Numbered from the stretch's first letter, positions 50,911 through 61,617 are shown. The stretch is DNA of 64,000 nt from Tubulanus polymorphus (GCF_964204645.1 NC_134033.1:3868231-3932230), one strand, 5' to 3'. Notes: a model not told the origin generated them from the letters alone. Numbers and translations: made by a program.

Positions 50911-51616
50911 ATGGTAGAATTAAAAGAATACAGAATATTTGTTGATTCTAGAAAACTTACAAATTATAAATCACATAATTTACTAGTACAATTAGATAGA
51001 GAATTTAAGAATTGTGTAGATTTAAAATTAGTTAATATAAGTTTATGTAATTCTTTTCATAATATATCGAATAAAAGTCTTGATCATTTAGCTTTTAAAA
51101 TTTATGTTAGAAATTTGAATAAATGGTTTCATCTTTATCTAAAACCAGGATTATATAATTTAGAAACATTAGCGCAAGAAATTAATAGAAGAGCTCGATA
51201 GTTCGAATAAAATAAGAATAAAGTTAACTAATGAACAACATAGATTTCTGGTAAGAAAACCTTTAGCTAAACTGTTTGGAATTCTCCCAGATAGAGATTA
51301 TTCAAGTATCGAAACTTATACAAATTTAATGACTTTTACACATTTTTATATTTATTGTAATTTAATCAATCCTACAAAAACATTTGAAGCAACTAAAGAT
51401 ACAACATGTAATTCTGGTTTATTAAATATTTTACCATTAAAAAATGTCAAACAATTTGGAACTCAAATAAATTATAATTTAACTGAATGTGATTTCAAAC
51501 CTTGTATTCCACATTTCAATAATTTTAAATTAGAAATAAGAAATCATAATGGTTATTTAATTGATTTGAATAACTTTCCTGTAATTTATGAATTAGTTAT
51601 AAGATGTAAAGAGTAA
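50911..51616 (+). pseudogene. Minor capsid (penton, single jelly-roll) protein, split by frameshift
   Basis: IFVDSR, ISLCNSFHNI, LKPGLYN, FYIYCNLI, LEIRNHNGYLIDLN pattern typical of Polinton mCP. Confidence 0.75.
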
Positions 51617-51632
51617 TTTTTCACCTATATAA

Positions 51633-51980
51633 ATGAATATAACTGTTGGACCGAGTATATGTTTTGGATTTGATTTTAAACGTGAGAAAGAAATGAAATT
51701 TAACATTAATGATGTAATTACACATATCAAAAATACTGCATTTTCTAATGAAACAACATTTGAGTATGAAACAACAATAGATAAAGAAACGTTTAATGTA
51801 GAAAAGATTACCGAGTCTTTAAGATTTTATGAATTAGATGAAGATTTTATAATCGATGATATTAAAAACATATTATCCAAAATGTATGATAATCATAAAA
51901 CTAGTAATGAAATAAATGTTGAATTAATCATAAATAAGTTAACTAAATATTTTGAAGATAGTAATTTTTTTGATGAATAA
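51633..51980 (+). CDS. Polinton hypothetical protein
   Basis: 115-aa ORF with the element's TAAATG start motif. Confidence 0.7.
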   Translation: MNITVGPSICFGFDFKREKEMKFNINDVITHIKNTAFSNETTFEYETTIDKETFNVEKITESLRFYELDEDFIIDDIKNILSKMYDNHKTSNEINVELIINKLTKYFEDSNFFDE

Positions 51981-52202
51981 ATGAGTGATAATAAGTGGAT
52001 AATAACTGGATTATATAATGGCGCATTACTATCAGTTGGAACTGTTGGTTATTCAATGGTATTAAAAAAAGTATTCAAAATGGGAAGTGTTAATGTTGAT
52101 AGATTTGATATCAATGATATTTTAAAGTTAACATTAGCAGTTACTTTATCTAATTTAACTATTGATTATTTGGAAAAACAAAAATATATTCCTCCCATAT
52201 AA
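51981..52202 (+). CDS. Small hydrophobic Polinton protein
   Basis: 73 aa, two hydrophobic stretches, TAAATG start. Confidence 0.7.
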   Translation: MSDNKWIITGLYNGALLSVGTVGYSMVLKKVFKMGSVNVDRFDINDILKLTLAVTLSNLTIDYLEKQKYIPPI

Positions 52203-52226
52203 ATGCATAATTTTTTTGCTAAATAA

Positions 52227-52652
52227 ATGGCTTCTGCAATTATAATTATTATAGGATCGGCAATTGTTAACGCTTTAGCATTTACTGGTGGTGGTTATTT
52301 ATTTAAACATATTGATAAAAATAGTTCATTAGGAGAACAAAGAAGACATAACTTAGCGTTAGAGAAATACAATAAAGCTGCAGAAGAATATAGAGAAAAA
52401 CGACAAAACTATATGGATTACATCAATAAAGAATTATATGATCAGAAGATTTCACATAGAGATTTTCAATCAGTTGATGATGCAATGAGTTTATATAACG
52501 CAGTAACAAATAAAGAAAAATTACATCTATACAAACCTAAATTATCAGATTCTTATACCCCAAGTAAAGAACAACAGAAATATGAAATAATATGGATTTT
52601 AGATGGAACAGTTATTGTTATATTTGTTGCTTATAAGTTTACTAATAAGTAA
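52227..52652 (+). CDS. Polinton membrane protein (N- and C-terminal hydrophobic segments, central coiled coil)
   Basis: IIIIIGSAIVNALAFTGGGYLF; EQRRHNLALEKY; TAAATG start. Confidence 0.75.
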   Translation: MASAIIIIIGSAIVNALAFTGGGYLFKHIDKNSSLGEQRRHNLALEKYNKAAEEYREKRQNYMDYINKELYDQKISHRDFQSVDDAMSLYNAVTNKEKLHLYKPKLSDSYTPSKEQQKYEIIWILDGTVIVIFVAYKFTNK

Positions 52653-52667
52653 TTTTTTTCTAAATAA

Positions 52668-52970
52668 ATGGAAGATAAAGTTGATAGTATTGATATTATT
52701 CCTCATGATATAAATAAAACTAAATTAAAAACATATTTAGAAAAACAAATATTAGAATTTGAAAGTGACTTAAAAGTTAAAAAGAAAAAATATTTAAAAA
52801 GTAAAATTATATATTATTTGATTATAAGTGGTTCGGTTACAATTAGTTCTGTAATAACATTTTTAGCAATATTCAGCCCATTAACACCTTTAGCTATATC
52901 AATTGGTGTATTAGGATTAAGTTCAAGTGTTTTAACTGGTATAAGTTCAAAATTAAATATAAAAAAGTAA
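52668..52970 (+). CDS. Polinton two-TM protein (probably extends to ~53086 past a frameshift)
   Basis: Hydrophobic hairpin IIYYLIISGSVTISSVITFLAIF / LAISIGVLGLSSSVLTGI. Confidence 0.7.
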   Translation: MEDKVDSIDIIPHDINKTKLKTYLEKQILEFESDLKVKKKKYLKSKIIYYLIISGSVTISSVITFLAIFSPLTPLAISIGVLGLSSSVLTGISSKLNIKK

Positions 52971-53102
52971 TAAATATAAAAGAAATTAATAAATTAAAGA
53001 ACACACTAGATTATATAATAAGTTTAAATGGCCATATACCAGTTGAAGAACAAGATAAATTATTAAAAGAATTAATAAATTATTAATTTTTTAATTATAT
53101 AA

Positions 53103-54404
53103 ATGGGGTTTCCAAAAGCTTTCCAATATAATAAATCAATTAAATATAATATTCCAGCAATAGATTTTAAGAAAAATATTACATATAAAAATGTAGTTTT
53201 AAATTCATTAACTAATTTAGAAATTTATGTTAATGAATCACAGTTTTTTATTTCCAAAATGGAAAATATATTTAATACATATGAAGTTACTTTTACTCGA
53301 GATGAATATCATATATATTAAGTAAAATCTAATATGAAATATTGGCAGAATCAATTAAATTTTTCTGTTTATTGTGCAACAACAGGATGTGGAATAAGTT
53401 GGAATGATAATTTAAACAACTTAGATAAAAATTTGAAGTATTCTGATTTGAAATTAATTCACAAAATATTTAGATTTCACACATATTTTCAAATCAGAAT
53501 AATATTAAATGAATTAGAATGTCCTTTACCCGGGTCTAAATATTTTAAAGAATTGGATAATAATATTAATATATCCAAGTTTTATAAAATATGTAATGAA
53601 TTTAATATAAATATTAATTCCGATTTCAGAGCGCATGGTAAATTGCAAGGTGTTGGTGAACAGTATGAAATAAAAAGAATTGATTATATGCATAGAATTG
53701 GAGCTTATCATAATTATAAAATTGATAATAATAATGGTTGGGTTAATTTCATTTTAGAAAATGGTGAAGGTTTTACAAAATCAGGTATACAAAGAATAAA
53801 TCAATCTATTAGAATTTATTTGATATGTATTTTAGGCGCTCAAGTTGAAACAAGATCCCAAATAATTGGAAATGATAACACTTCATTCGATGCGCAGAAA
53901 CAGTTTAAAGTTTTATTTGAAGATTCAATTCATAATGATAAAAATAGATCGATTCCAGAAAACATTATAAGATATCAAAATTATTTAGATAAATCTCATG
54001 TAAGACTTAATTATTGTATAGGCCCTAATCTATCAATTATTTCTAATGATTTAGTATTGAAGATGGGAAATATAATTGGTTATAATAATCTAATTAAAAC
54101 TGCAACAATAAATAATTCATTTGGATTAAATGATATAAATAAAAAGATTATTACTGCTCCAAAATTAATGGAAGGTGAAAAAAATAAAAAACATATTCAA
54201 TCAACAGAAACTAAAACTAAGAATATTAAATTGGATAATGATTCCAAAATAAAAGATTACAATACATCAGAAAATAATAGAACTGATAAAATTCAACATG
54301 ATATAATTAAACAAAATGATGATAATAAATCCCATGAAAATACTAAATTAGCTATAACTTGTATAGGAATTGTAATCGGAGGAATATTATATTTTAAATT
54401 TTAA
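53103..54404 (+). pseudogene. Polinton conserved hypothetical protein with C-terminal TM anchor; two ORFs in one frame split by a stop at 53319-53321
   Basis: YWQNQLNFSVYCATTGCGIS; only 53103 has the TAAATG motif; C-terminal LAITCIGIVIGGILYF. Confidence 0.7.
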
Positions 54405-54419
54405 TTTTTTATTATATAA

Positions 54420-55859
54420 ATGGATGTAGAAGGTGGAGAAGATATTGGAATGGATAATTTTGATGAACCTGACATAACTGATGAACAACCACCTGATTTT
54501 GATGAAACAAGTTTCAGTAACGAAAATGAAACAGCATATAATTCTAATTTAGCAAGACCTGATACTAATGAATATGTTAATAAAGCACGTTCAAGATTGG
54601 ACATTGAAAATGAAAATCCAGATTTAATGAAAAAAGAACTAGAATATGACGAATTAACAGATAAATTCAAACCAATATTAGAAAAATCTGGATTCAATAT
54701 AACAAATAAAGGTGTGAATTATTAAGTAAAAGATTTGAAATATTTAAATGGTGATTATTATTGGCATTTGAAAGATGACTATTATTTTAAGATTTCTTCT
54801 AATAAAAGTCTTGATAAAATAATAACAAAATCAACCTTTATTAAATTAGAACAATCTAGAATTAAGAAAATCAACAATGATGTTATAACTGATGTTACAG
54901 AAGAAGAGATAAATCAAAATAGAAGAGAATTTAATCGAAGAAATAATGATTTTTTGAAGATAATTAATGAAAATTTAGAACCAGAAACAATTCCTAAAGA
55001 AGATAAAACTTCCAAAACTAGTAGACCTAATTCAAGAGAAGTTCAAACTGAAAAACTTTTACCGAAGGGATTACTTGATGCAACAGATCAAGAATTAGAA
55101 GATTTAGATATATTTTCTGATAAAGCAATTAGAGAAATTATTAGTATAAGACTTGCATCTAATAAAATTGCGCATGATAAAAGTATAAGAGATTTTAAAA
55201 TTAGAACTTTAGAAAAAGAATTAACTGATAAAAATAAAGAAATAGAACAATTAAAGTCTGATTTAGATCATCAAGTAATTGATGAAATAGAATATAAACA
55301 AAAAGAATTACGTTTAGAAAAAGAAATAGATGATTTAAAATATAACAAAGAATTACAAAAAGAAGAAAGAGATACATTATTAAAATCATATGATTATAAT
55401 ATTAATAGATTAAAAGTTATTTTTAAAGATTTGTTGATTAAACCAAATTCTGAAATATCATTGAAAGACAGAATAAGATTATTATTTAAATTAGAAGGAA
55501 TAACAATTCTTTCAATTCTAACAGCTGTAACTATGTTATTTACAACAATTGGTTTAGCAATATCAAATGCTTTGAAATCTACTCCTACTCCCAATAAACC
55601 GGATAAACCCCCGAATGATAATAATTCTATAAAACATAAAGTTAAAGATGGTTTAAAGAAATTAGCAAAATATTTATGGGAACTATCTAAAAAATCTGCT
55701 GCAGCATTGCCAGGAGTTATTGCATCAATTGTTGGTTTTATATTGAAATCTGCTGGGAATATTCTTAACTTTGCTGCTGAACATATTATATTATTTTTAA
55801 TTACAGTTGTAAGTGCTATTATTTTTGGTTTAGTAAACATGATGTCAAAAAATAAATAA
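54420..55859 (+). pseudogene. Acidic N-terminus, coiled-coil, C-terminal membrane protein; in-frame stop at 54723-54725
   Basis: ORFs 54420-54725 and 54735-55859 share a frame; the homolog at ~4100-4060 reads through this position. Confidence 0.75.
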
Positions 55860-55879
55860 TTAATTTTTTTGTTAAATAA

Positions 55880-57127
55880 ATGAGTGGGAGTTATATAAGT
55901 CCTTCTAAGATTTCTAGAATATCTAATGCTATTAAAGCAGAAAGATCACATCATATAATTACTCATAACCCTTCAAATATTAATCCCGATGAAACTTTAT
56001 ATGTTAGAATTCCTAGATTAACACAAAATACTTTTTATGTTCCAAACAGTATTTATTTATCAGCTGATATAAAAGTAACTGGCCATAATAACAATTATGT
56101 TGTTGATAATGTTGGAAGATATTTGATTAAAAAGTTAACAATAAAGATTGGCCCAGAAACAGTTTTCTCATTAGATGATTATAATTTATTTATGCATTAT
56201 AAAGATTTATGGTTAACTAAAGAAAATAGAAATAATATGATATTCCAAGGCATTCAATCGGTAAACCAAAATAAATTAAGATCTGAAGCCAATAATGCAG
56301 TAGTAGCTAATGACGTAGATAATTTGATTAAAAAGATTTATGGAAGCAAATATAAAATTCCGTTAGATTTTGAATTGATAAATAATAATGCACCTTTATA
56401 TAAATACGCAATTCAAGAAGATATTATATTTGAGATAACATTTGCTCCTGTAAATGAAATTGTATTATCTAGCGTTGTTAAAGATATGGGTTACAAATTA
56501 TCGAATATATGTTTAGAATATAACACAGTAACTAATGAAAATATTGCTAGCACAATTCAAACTCAATACAATCAAGGATTTTCATTATTATATGATTATA
56601 TTGATAAATTTAAAACTGTAACTATTAATGCAAATGATGAAATAATTAATGAGAATATTAACTTTCCTAGAAGATCTATTAAAGGTATATTAACATTTTT
56701 TACCATTGGAACGTATACTAATGGTGCAATAAATGTTGATAATTATTATAATCCTGAAATAACAAAAGTAGAGATAACTATCGAAGGAATAGCGAATAAA
56801 ATATTTTGTCAAGGAATGAGAATGATTGATCAATGGCCAGAAATTAGAAAACATTTTATGAATGAAAAAGTAAAATCATTTGAAAATTGTAATATTAATC
56901 AAATTGATTATTATACCGGTAATAAATATGCATTATGGTTAGATTTTAGAACAACAGAGGATAATTCATTACATGGTTCTGGGAAAAAACTACAGAACAC
57001 TAAAGATGGAATACAATTATTCATGAAAAAGAAAAAAGGAAGCTTAAATTTCAAAATGCACATTTATATTATATCTGACGCGCAATTAAATATTGTAAAT
57101 CCACAATTAGATAGTATTCAATATTAG
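55880..57127 (+). CDS. Major capsid protein (double jelly-roll, Polinton/adintovirus type)
   Basis: 415-aa intact beta-rich ORF; size and position next to integrase and ATPase; NPSNINPDETLYVRIP, YALWLDFRT..LHGSG; fold is inferred. Confidence 0.8.
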   Translation: MSGSYISPSKISRISNAIKAERSHHIITHNPSNINPDETLYVRIPRLTQNTFYVPNSIYLSADIKVTGHNNNYVVDNVGRYLIKKLTIKIGPETVFSLDDYNLFMHYKDLWLTKENRNNMIFQGIQSVNQNKLRSEANNAVVANDVDNLIKKIYGSKYKIPLDFELINNNAPLYKYAIQEDIIFEITFAPVNEIVLSSVVKDMGYKLSNICLEYNTVTNENIASTIQTQYNQGFSLLYDYIDKFKTVTINANDEIINENINFPRRSIKGILTFFTIGTYTNGAINVDNYYNPEITKVEITIEGIANKIFCQGMRMIDQWPEIRKHFMNEKVKSFENCNINQIDYYTGNKYALWLDFRTTEDNSLHGSGKKLQNTKDGIQLFMKKKKGSLNFKMHIYIISDAQLNIVNPQLDSIQY

Positions 57128-57157
57128 AAATATAAAGTTAAAATTAAGGATATATAA

Positions 57158-58285
57158 ATGGGTGGTAAAAAAACTTCTTATACTAAAGAACAATATTTAA
57201 GAAATTTATATTACAACCCTGAGAGTTCGATTGCTTATTCTTCTACTAAAAATATATGGCGTAAAGTAAAACAAGATAACTTAGATAAGATAATCCCACA
57301 AAATTTAGTTAAATATAAAGATATAAATGAATTTATGTTAGAACAACCAACGTATACAACACATAAAAAAATTGTTAGAAAATATAAAACTCGTAAAACT
57401 ATGGTAAGTTATGTAGATCAACAGTGGCAAGGAGATTTAATTGATATGAAAAATCTTAAAAAAGATAATAATGATTATTGGTGGATATTGAATATAATTG
57501 ATATTTTTAGTCGTTATGTATGGAGCTTCCCACTTTATAGAAAAGATGCTGCACAAACATCACATGTTTTAAGAAAATTTCTTTCAGGTGGTAAACTAAA
57601 ACCAGAAAAAATTCAATTTGATGATGGAAAAGAATTTGATAATTCATTAGTTCATGGACTTTTAGATTTTCATAATATTAAATATTTTTCGACAAAATCG
57701 GATAAAAAAGCAGCAGTTGTTGAACGATTTAATAGAACATTGAGAACAAGAATGTCAAAATATTTCACAGCAAATAATACTTATAAATGGATTGATATTT
57801 TACCAAAATTGATAAATGGTTATAATAATTCTTATCATTCTTCTATTGGAATGAAACCTATTGATGCTAGAAAACCTGAAAATGCTGAAATTGTTTGGAA
57901 TAATTTATATGGAGCATTTCTTGTTGATGATTTTGGTGAACCTAAATTTAAAGTTGGTCAAAATGTTAGAATTTCTAAGTATAAAAAGATATTTGATAAA
58001 GGATACGATCGAAATTTTACTAGAGAAATATATAAAATAAAAAAGGTAATAACAACAAAACCATATGTCTATAAATTAGAAGATTTAGATGGTGAAGAAG
58101 TTGATGGCTACTTTTACGAAGAAGAAATAAGTTTAACTACTGAAAATCTAGAACAAGAATATAAAATTGAAAAAGTACTAAAAACAAAAACTATTAAAAG
58201 AAAAAAATATTCTTTAGTAAAATGGGTTGGATGGCCAGATAAATTCAATGAATGGATATTATCAAGTAAAATTAAAAATATATAA
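57158..58285 (+). CDS. Retroviral-like (rve) integrase with C-terminal chromodomain
   Basis: WQGDLIDM, IDIFSRY, IQFDDGKEF, VVERFNRTL; YKIEKVL..LVKWVGWPDKFNEWI. Confidence 0.95.
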   Translation: MGGKKTSYTKEQYLRNLYYNPESSIAYSSTKNIWRKVKQDNLDKIIPQNLVKYKDINEFMLEQPTYTTHKKIVRKYKTRKTMVSYVDQQWQGDLIDMKNLKKDNNDYWWILNIIDIFSRYVWSFPLYRKDAAQTSHVLRKFLSGGKLKPEKIQFDDGKEFDNSLVHGLLDFHNIKYFSTKSDKKAAVVERFNRTLRTRMSKYFTANNTYKWIDILPKLINGYNNSYHSSIGMKPIDARKPENAEIVWNNLYGAFLVDDFGEPKFKVGQNVRISKYKKIFDKGYDRNFTREIYKIKKVITTKPYVYKLEDLDGEEVDGYFYEEEISLTTENLEQEYKIEKVLKTKTIKRKKYSLVKWVGWPDKFNEWILSSKIKNI

Positions 58286-58894
58286 ATGAATAAGGAATTA
58301 TTTATATTGGAGCCTCATAATATGTTAATTTCTGGTGTAACAAATTGTGGAAAAACTTATTTTATATTAAATTTATTAGAAACTGTTTATGAAAACTATT
58401 TTGATAATATAGTATTATTTTGTCCAACATATGAATTTAATCAAACTTATGATAGAAACATTACTAGAAATAATAAATTTATTATATTAGATCCTAAAAC
58501 AGTAAAAGAAAATTTAGATAATTGTATAAAAATTGCATTAGATATTTATAAAGGATCTAATACATTATTTATTATCGATGATTGTGCTAATCTACATGAT
58601 TCTAAAATTAGAGAAAGTGAGTTATGTTATTTAGCTTTCTCTGGTAGACATTTTGGGATAACAACTTGGGTTTTAAATCAAAAATATAATTCAATTGTTA
58701 AAGACTTTAGAGAAAACATTAGATTTCTAGTTTTATTCTACAATAAAGATAGAAAATCGATGAAAAATGCACTTGAGGAAAATGATATTATTCCACATGA
58801 TTTACATGATGAATATATGGATAAGTTGAAAAATATTAAAAGATCAAAATTACTATTTAGATTACAACACCCATTTAAATATGAATTTATTTAA
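58286..58894 (+). CDS. A32/FtsK-like genome packaging ATPase
   Basis: Walker A GVTNCGKT; Walker B FIIDD; GRHFGITTWVLNQ. Confidence 0.92.
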   Translation: MNKELFILEPHNMLISGVTNCGKTYFILNLLETVYENYFDNIVLFCPTYEFNQTYDRNITRNNKFIILDPKTVKENLDNCIKIALDIYKGSNTLFIIDDCANLHDSKIRESELCYLAFSGRHFGITTWVLNQKYNSIVKDFRENIRFLVLFYNKDRKSMKNALEENDIIPHDLHDEYMDKLKNIKRSKLLFRLQHPFKYEFI

Positions 58895-59160
58895 ATTCAA
58901 TTAGTTTGTTAATATAGTTGAATTCTAGTTATTGGTAGTTGTAACAAAAATCAAATAGATTTAACAATATTTTAACTAGCTTGTTAATCTAGTTTAATTC
59001 TAGTTACATTCTAGTTGAATTCTAGTTGTTAGTAGTTGAAACAAAAATCAACTAGAATGTAACTAGAAATAAACAAAAACAACAATATTTCAACTAGCTT
59101 GTTAATCTAGTTGAATTCTAGTTACATTCTAGTTATATTCTAGTTGCAACATCACAACTA
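58895..59160. repeat. Intergenic array of TTCTAGTT/AACTAG motifs in both orientations
   Basis: ~11-bp units TTCTAGTTGAA/TTCTAGTTACA within a larger duplicated block. Confidence 0.85.
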
Positions 59161-59178
59161 ATTTTTTTTGTTATATAA

Positions 59179-59784
59179 ATGGTAGGTGAAAAGAAAATAA
59201 AATCTAAAAATGGTGATGTTCCAATTGAAAAAACTTTAGATGATTTAGGAATAACAGAAACAAAATTAACTCCAGATGATGGTGCTTTAAATAATGTTAC
59301 AACAAATAATAATTATGAATATTATCTTTATTGTAAACATCAATTAGAAATATTAATAGCATCTGGAAAATGTAAAAATTTTGTCGGTAGAAATTTAACT
59401 TATAATGAATTAGATACAATGAAATCAGATGAAATTATTAGATTATTTAAGATTTATGAAGCCGCGAGAACAGCTAGAATTAATGATGCGATATCAGAAA
59501 ATGTAGTAAAAGGTTATAGTAAATTATGTAATTATATACTACCAATTGAAAATGAAAATAGATTATATTCCGATTTAAAAAATGATTATTTAGTTATGAC
59601 TGAATTAAATAAATGGATTGGATATTTATCATTTCAATTAGGTGGATTTATGTTATTATTATCAACGGGGGTTATAACATTTTCAAATATTGAAAGTAAA
59701 AATATTTCTATAATAAATGAGCGAGGTGAAAGAAGTGAAGGAATTAACTGTGAAGAAAAAACCGAGAACTCAGAAACAAATTGA
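59179..59784 (+). CDS. Polinton hypothetical protein with C-terminal hydrophobic segment
   Basis: 201-aa ORF, TAAATG start. Confidence 0.75.
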   Translation: MVGEKKIKSKNGDVPIEKTLDDLGITETKLTPDDGALNNVTTNNNYEYYLYCKHQLEILIASGKCKNFVGRNLTYNELDTMKSDEIIRLFKIYEAARTARINDAISENVVKGYSKLCNYILPIENENRLYSDLKNDYLVMTELNKWIGYLSFQLGGFMLLLSTGVITFSNIESKNISIINERGERSEGINCEEKTENSETN

Positions 59785-59940
59785 ATGGTCTCGACAATTA
59801 GGAATTAAATCACAAGAATATAAAAAAGCTGTAAAAGAGAAAATAAGTAATAAAAATGTTAGTAAAAATGGTGAAAATATTTTTATTTCTACTCCTTCTG
59901 ATAGTAGAATATTTGATAAATATTTATATTTTACAGTTGG
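59717..59940 (+). pseudogene. Basic Polinton protein, truncated by foreign sequence
   Basis: KKKPRTQKQIEWSRQLG; composition changes abruptly at ~59940. Confidence 0.6.
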
Positions 59941-59953
59941 ATTTGTACAGACG

Positions 59954-60021
59954 GGGTACGTACAGACAATACGAATCTCGCCAACTTGGGTACGTACAGA
60001 CAATACGAATCTCGCCAACTT
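59954..60021. repeat. Two perfect 34-bp tandem copies at the junction ending the Polinton
   Basis: GGGTACGTACAGACAATACGAATCTCGCCAACTT x2. Confidence 0.9.
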
Positions 60022-61087
60022 TAATTATTGATCGTATTAATCGATATCGCGCACTGAGCTTCGCGCCATTTTGTGCTAATGCTGTGAGATATAGACTTGG
60101 AGTGACTCGGGAGTGCTCCGAATACATCGTCAGTAAATGTGGGATTCGAACCTAATATGATTAGATTTTTAGTAAACATCCGCCACTAGTTCGTAGAATT
60201 TTCGGAATTTCTATTAACATTCTCGTTTTTTGTCAATCCTGAATTTCGTAACCCGGAAATAAAATTTTCGACATTTTCCGCTACAAATGTGCGATTTCTA
60301 TCCATACAACAGGCCTAACTTAAAAAAAAAAAAATGTGACGAACTATATATTAGTATGTAGTTTCTATAACTATGTACTTTTATGGGTCTCTGTCATTGT
60401 ATAATGTAAAAAAAGTGACACTCGTCTGTAAATTTGCACAATTATTAAAAATTTTTTTGGCGCCCATAATAATCGTATTACGTTTCGTCTTTTTACATTG
60501 CACATAGTCACTAAACTGCTTATTTCTACTGTTAAGTTTTTTAAACAGTTGATTGAAATCAATTAGATTTCATTCTATTCAAGTGAAATTGTGTCCTTGT
60601 TAAAAAAGAAGTGAAAATTAAGATGGTTTTCAAAATCAAGCAAAATTAAATTTTATTCGACAGAGTTATGTTTAACGCAGGAGCTTTTATGTGTTAATAG
60701 TGATATGTCTTCAACTTCAAAACAACCCATTCTCATAGACAGCAAAAATGACACTTATATAGGCCTAAACTAGAAATTGTTGCAGTCTAGGTGGGCGAGT
60801 GATAGGCCTCTATCGTCTACTATAGTTTCTCGTTCCTTGGCGCTTATCAAGTCTGTCTATTTCATATAGTATAAGCCTTTTACGGCTTTTCGACCTTGTA
60901 AAATTACCGAATCAAATACATGTAGTTTGATTAATGTATAGGCCTAGGTCCTTTGCATTTGAGGTCTCTCGGGCCTCCAAATGGTAATAACTATTGGTAC
61001 TTTTTTTGTAATTGTAGATGTATTTGTCATAGTCGGAATAGATTTGTTTTTCAACATAGTCGGGTTCGTCATAAAGGATTGAGCAGA

Positions 61088-61617
61088 GTCGTAATCGATG
61101 AAGGGATTCAGTAATCGTTGAACGGAGTCGTAGTCGCTGAATGGAGTCGTAATCGTTTAACGGAGTCGCAATCGTTAAATGGAGTCGTAGTCGCTGAATG
61201 GAAGCGTAATCGTTGAACGGAGTCGTAGTCGCTGAATGGAGTCGTAATCGTTTAACGGAGTCGCAATCGTTAAATGGAGTCGTAGTCGCTGAATGGAAGC
61301 GTAATCGTTGAACGGAGTCGTAGTCGCTGAATGGAGTCGTAATCGTTTAACGGAGTCGCAATCGTTAAATGGAGTCGTAGTCGCTGAATGGAAGCGTAAT
61401 CGTTGAACAGAATCGTAGTCGCTGAACGGAGTCGTAATTGTTGAACGGAGTCGTAGTCGCTGAATGGAGTCGTAATCGTTTAACGGAAGCGTAGTTGCTG
61501 AACGGAGTCGTAATCGATGAACAGAGTCGTAGTCGTTAAACGAGTCGTAATCGTTGAACGAAGTTGTAATCGTCAAACCTAGTCTTAATCATTGAAGGGA
61601 TTCAGTAATTGTTGAAC
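61088..61617. repeat. 19-bp minisatellite with 95-bp higher-order repeat
   Basis: Monomer GTARTCGYTGAAYGGAGTC; identical pentamers at 61111-61205, 61206-61300, 61301-61395. Confidence 0.95.

Larger units (their letters stand above)
44407..59940 (+). mobile_element. Endogenous Polinton/Maverick (adintovirus-like) element; left end present, right end interrupted
   Basis: Very AT-rich, intronless, gene-dense block with pPolB, mCP, MCP, rve integrase and A32-like ATPase; begins AGTA where paralogy to 28615 stops. Confidence 0.95.

Noticed and set aside
54401-55840. Minus-strand ORFs overlapping Polinton genes (also 47062, 47915, 53526, and plus-strand 3212, 3509)
   Set aside because: Antisense shadows of real genes, with no motifs and no TAAATG start
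44407-59940. Bacterial or phage contamination
   Set aside because: Left junction is continuous with a host segmental duplication, decayed family copies are interleaved with host TEs, and the gene set is Polinton-type
61088-61617. CRISPR-like array or 133-aa repeat protein
   Set aside because: Monomers are contiguous with no unique spacers, there are no cas genes, and the context is eukaryotic. The ORF is a by-product of the 19-bp period.
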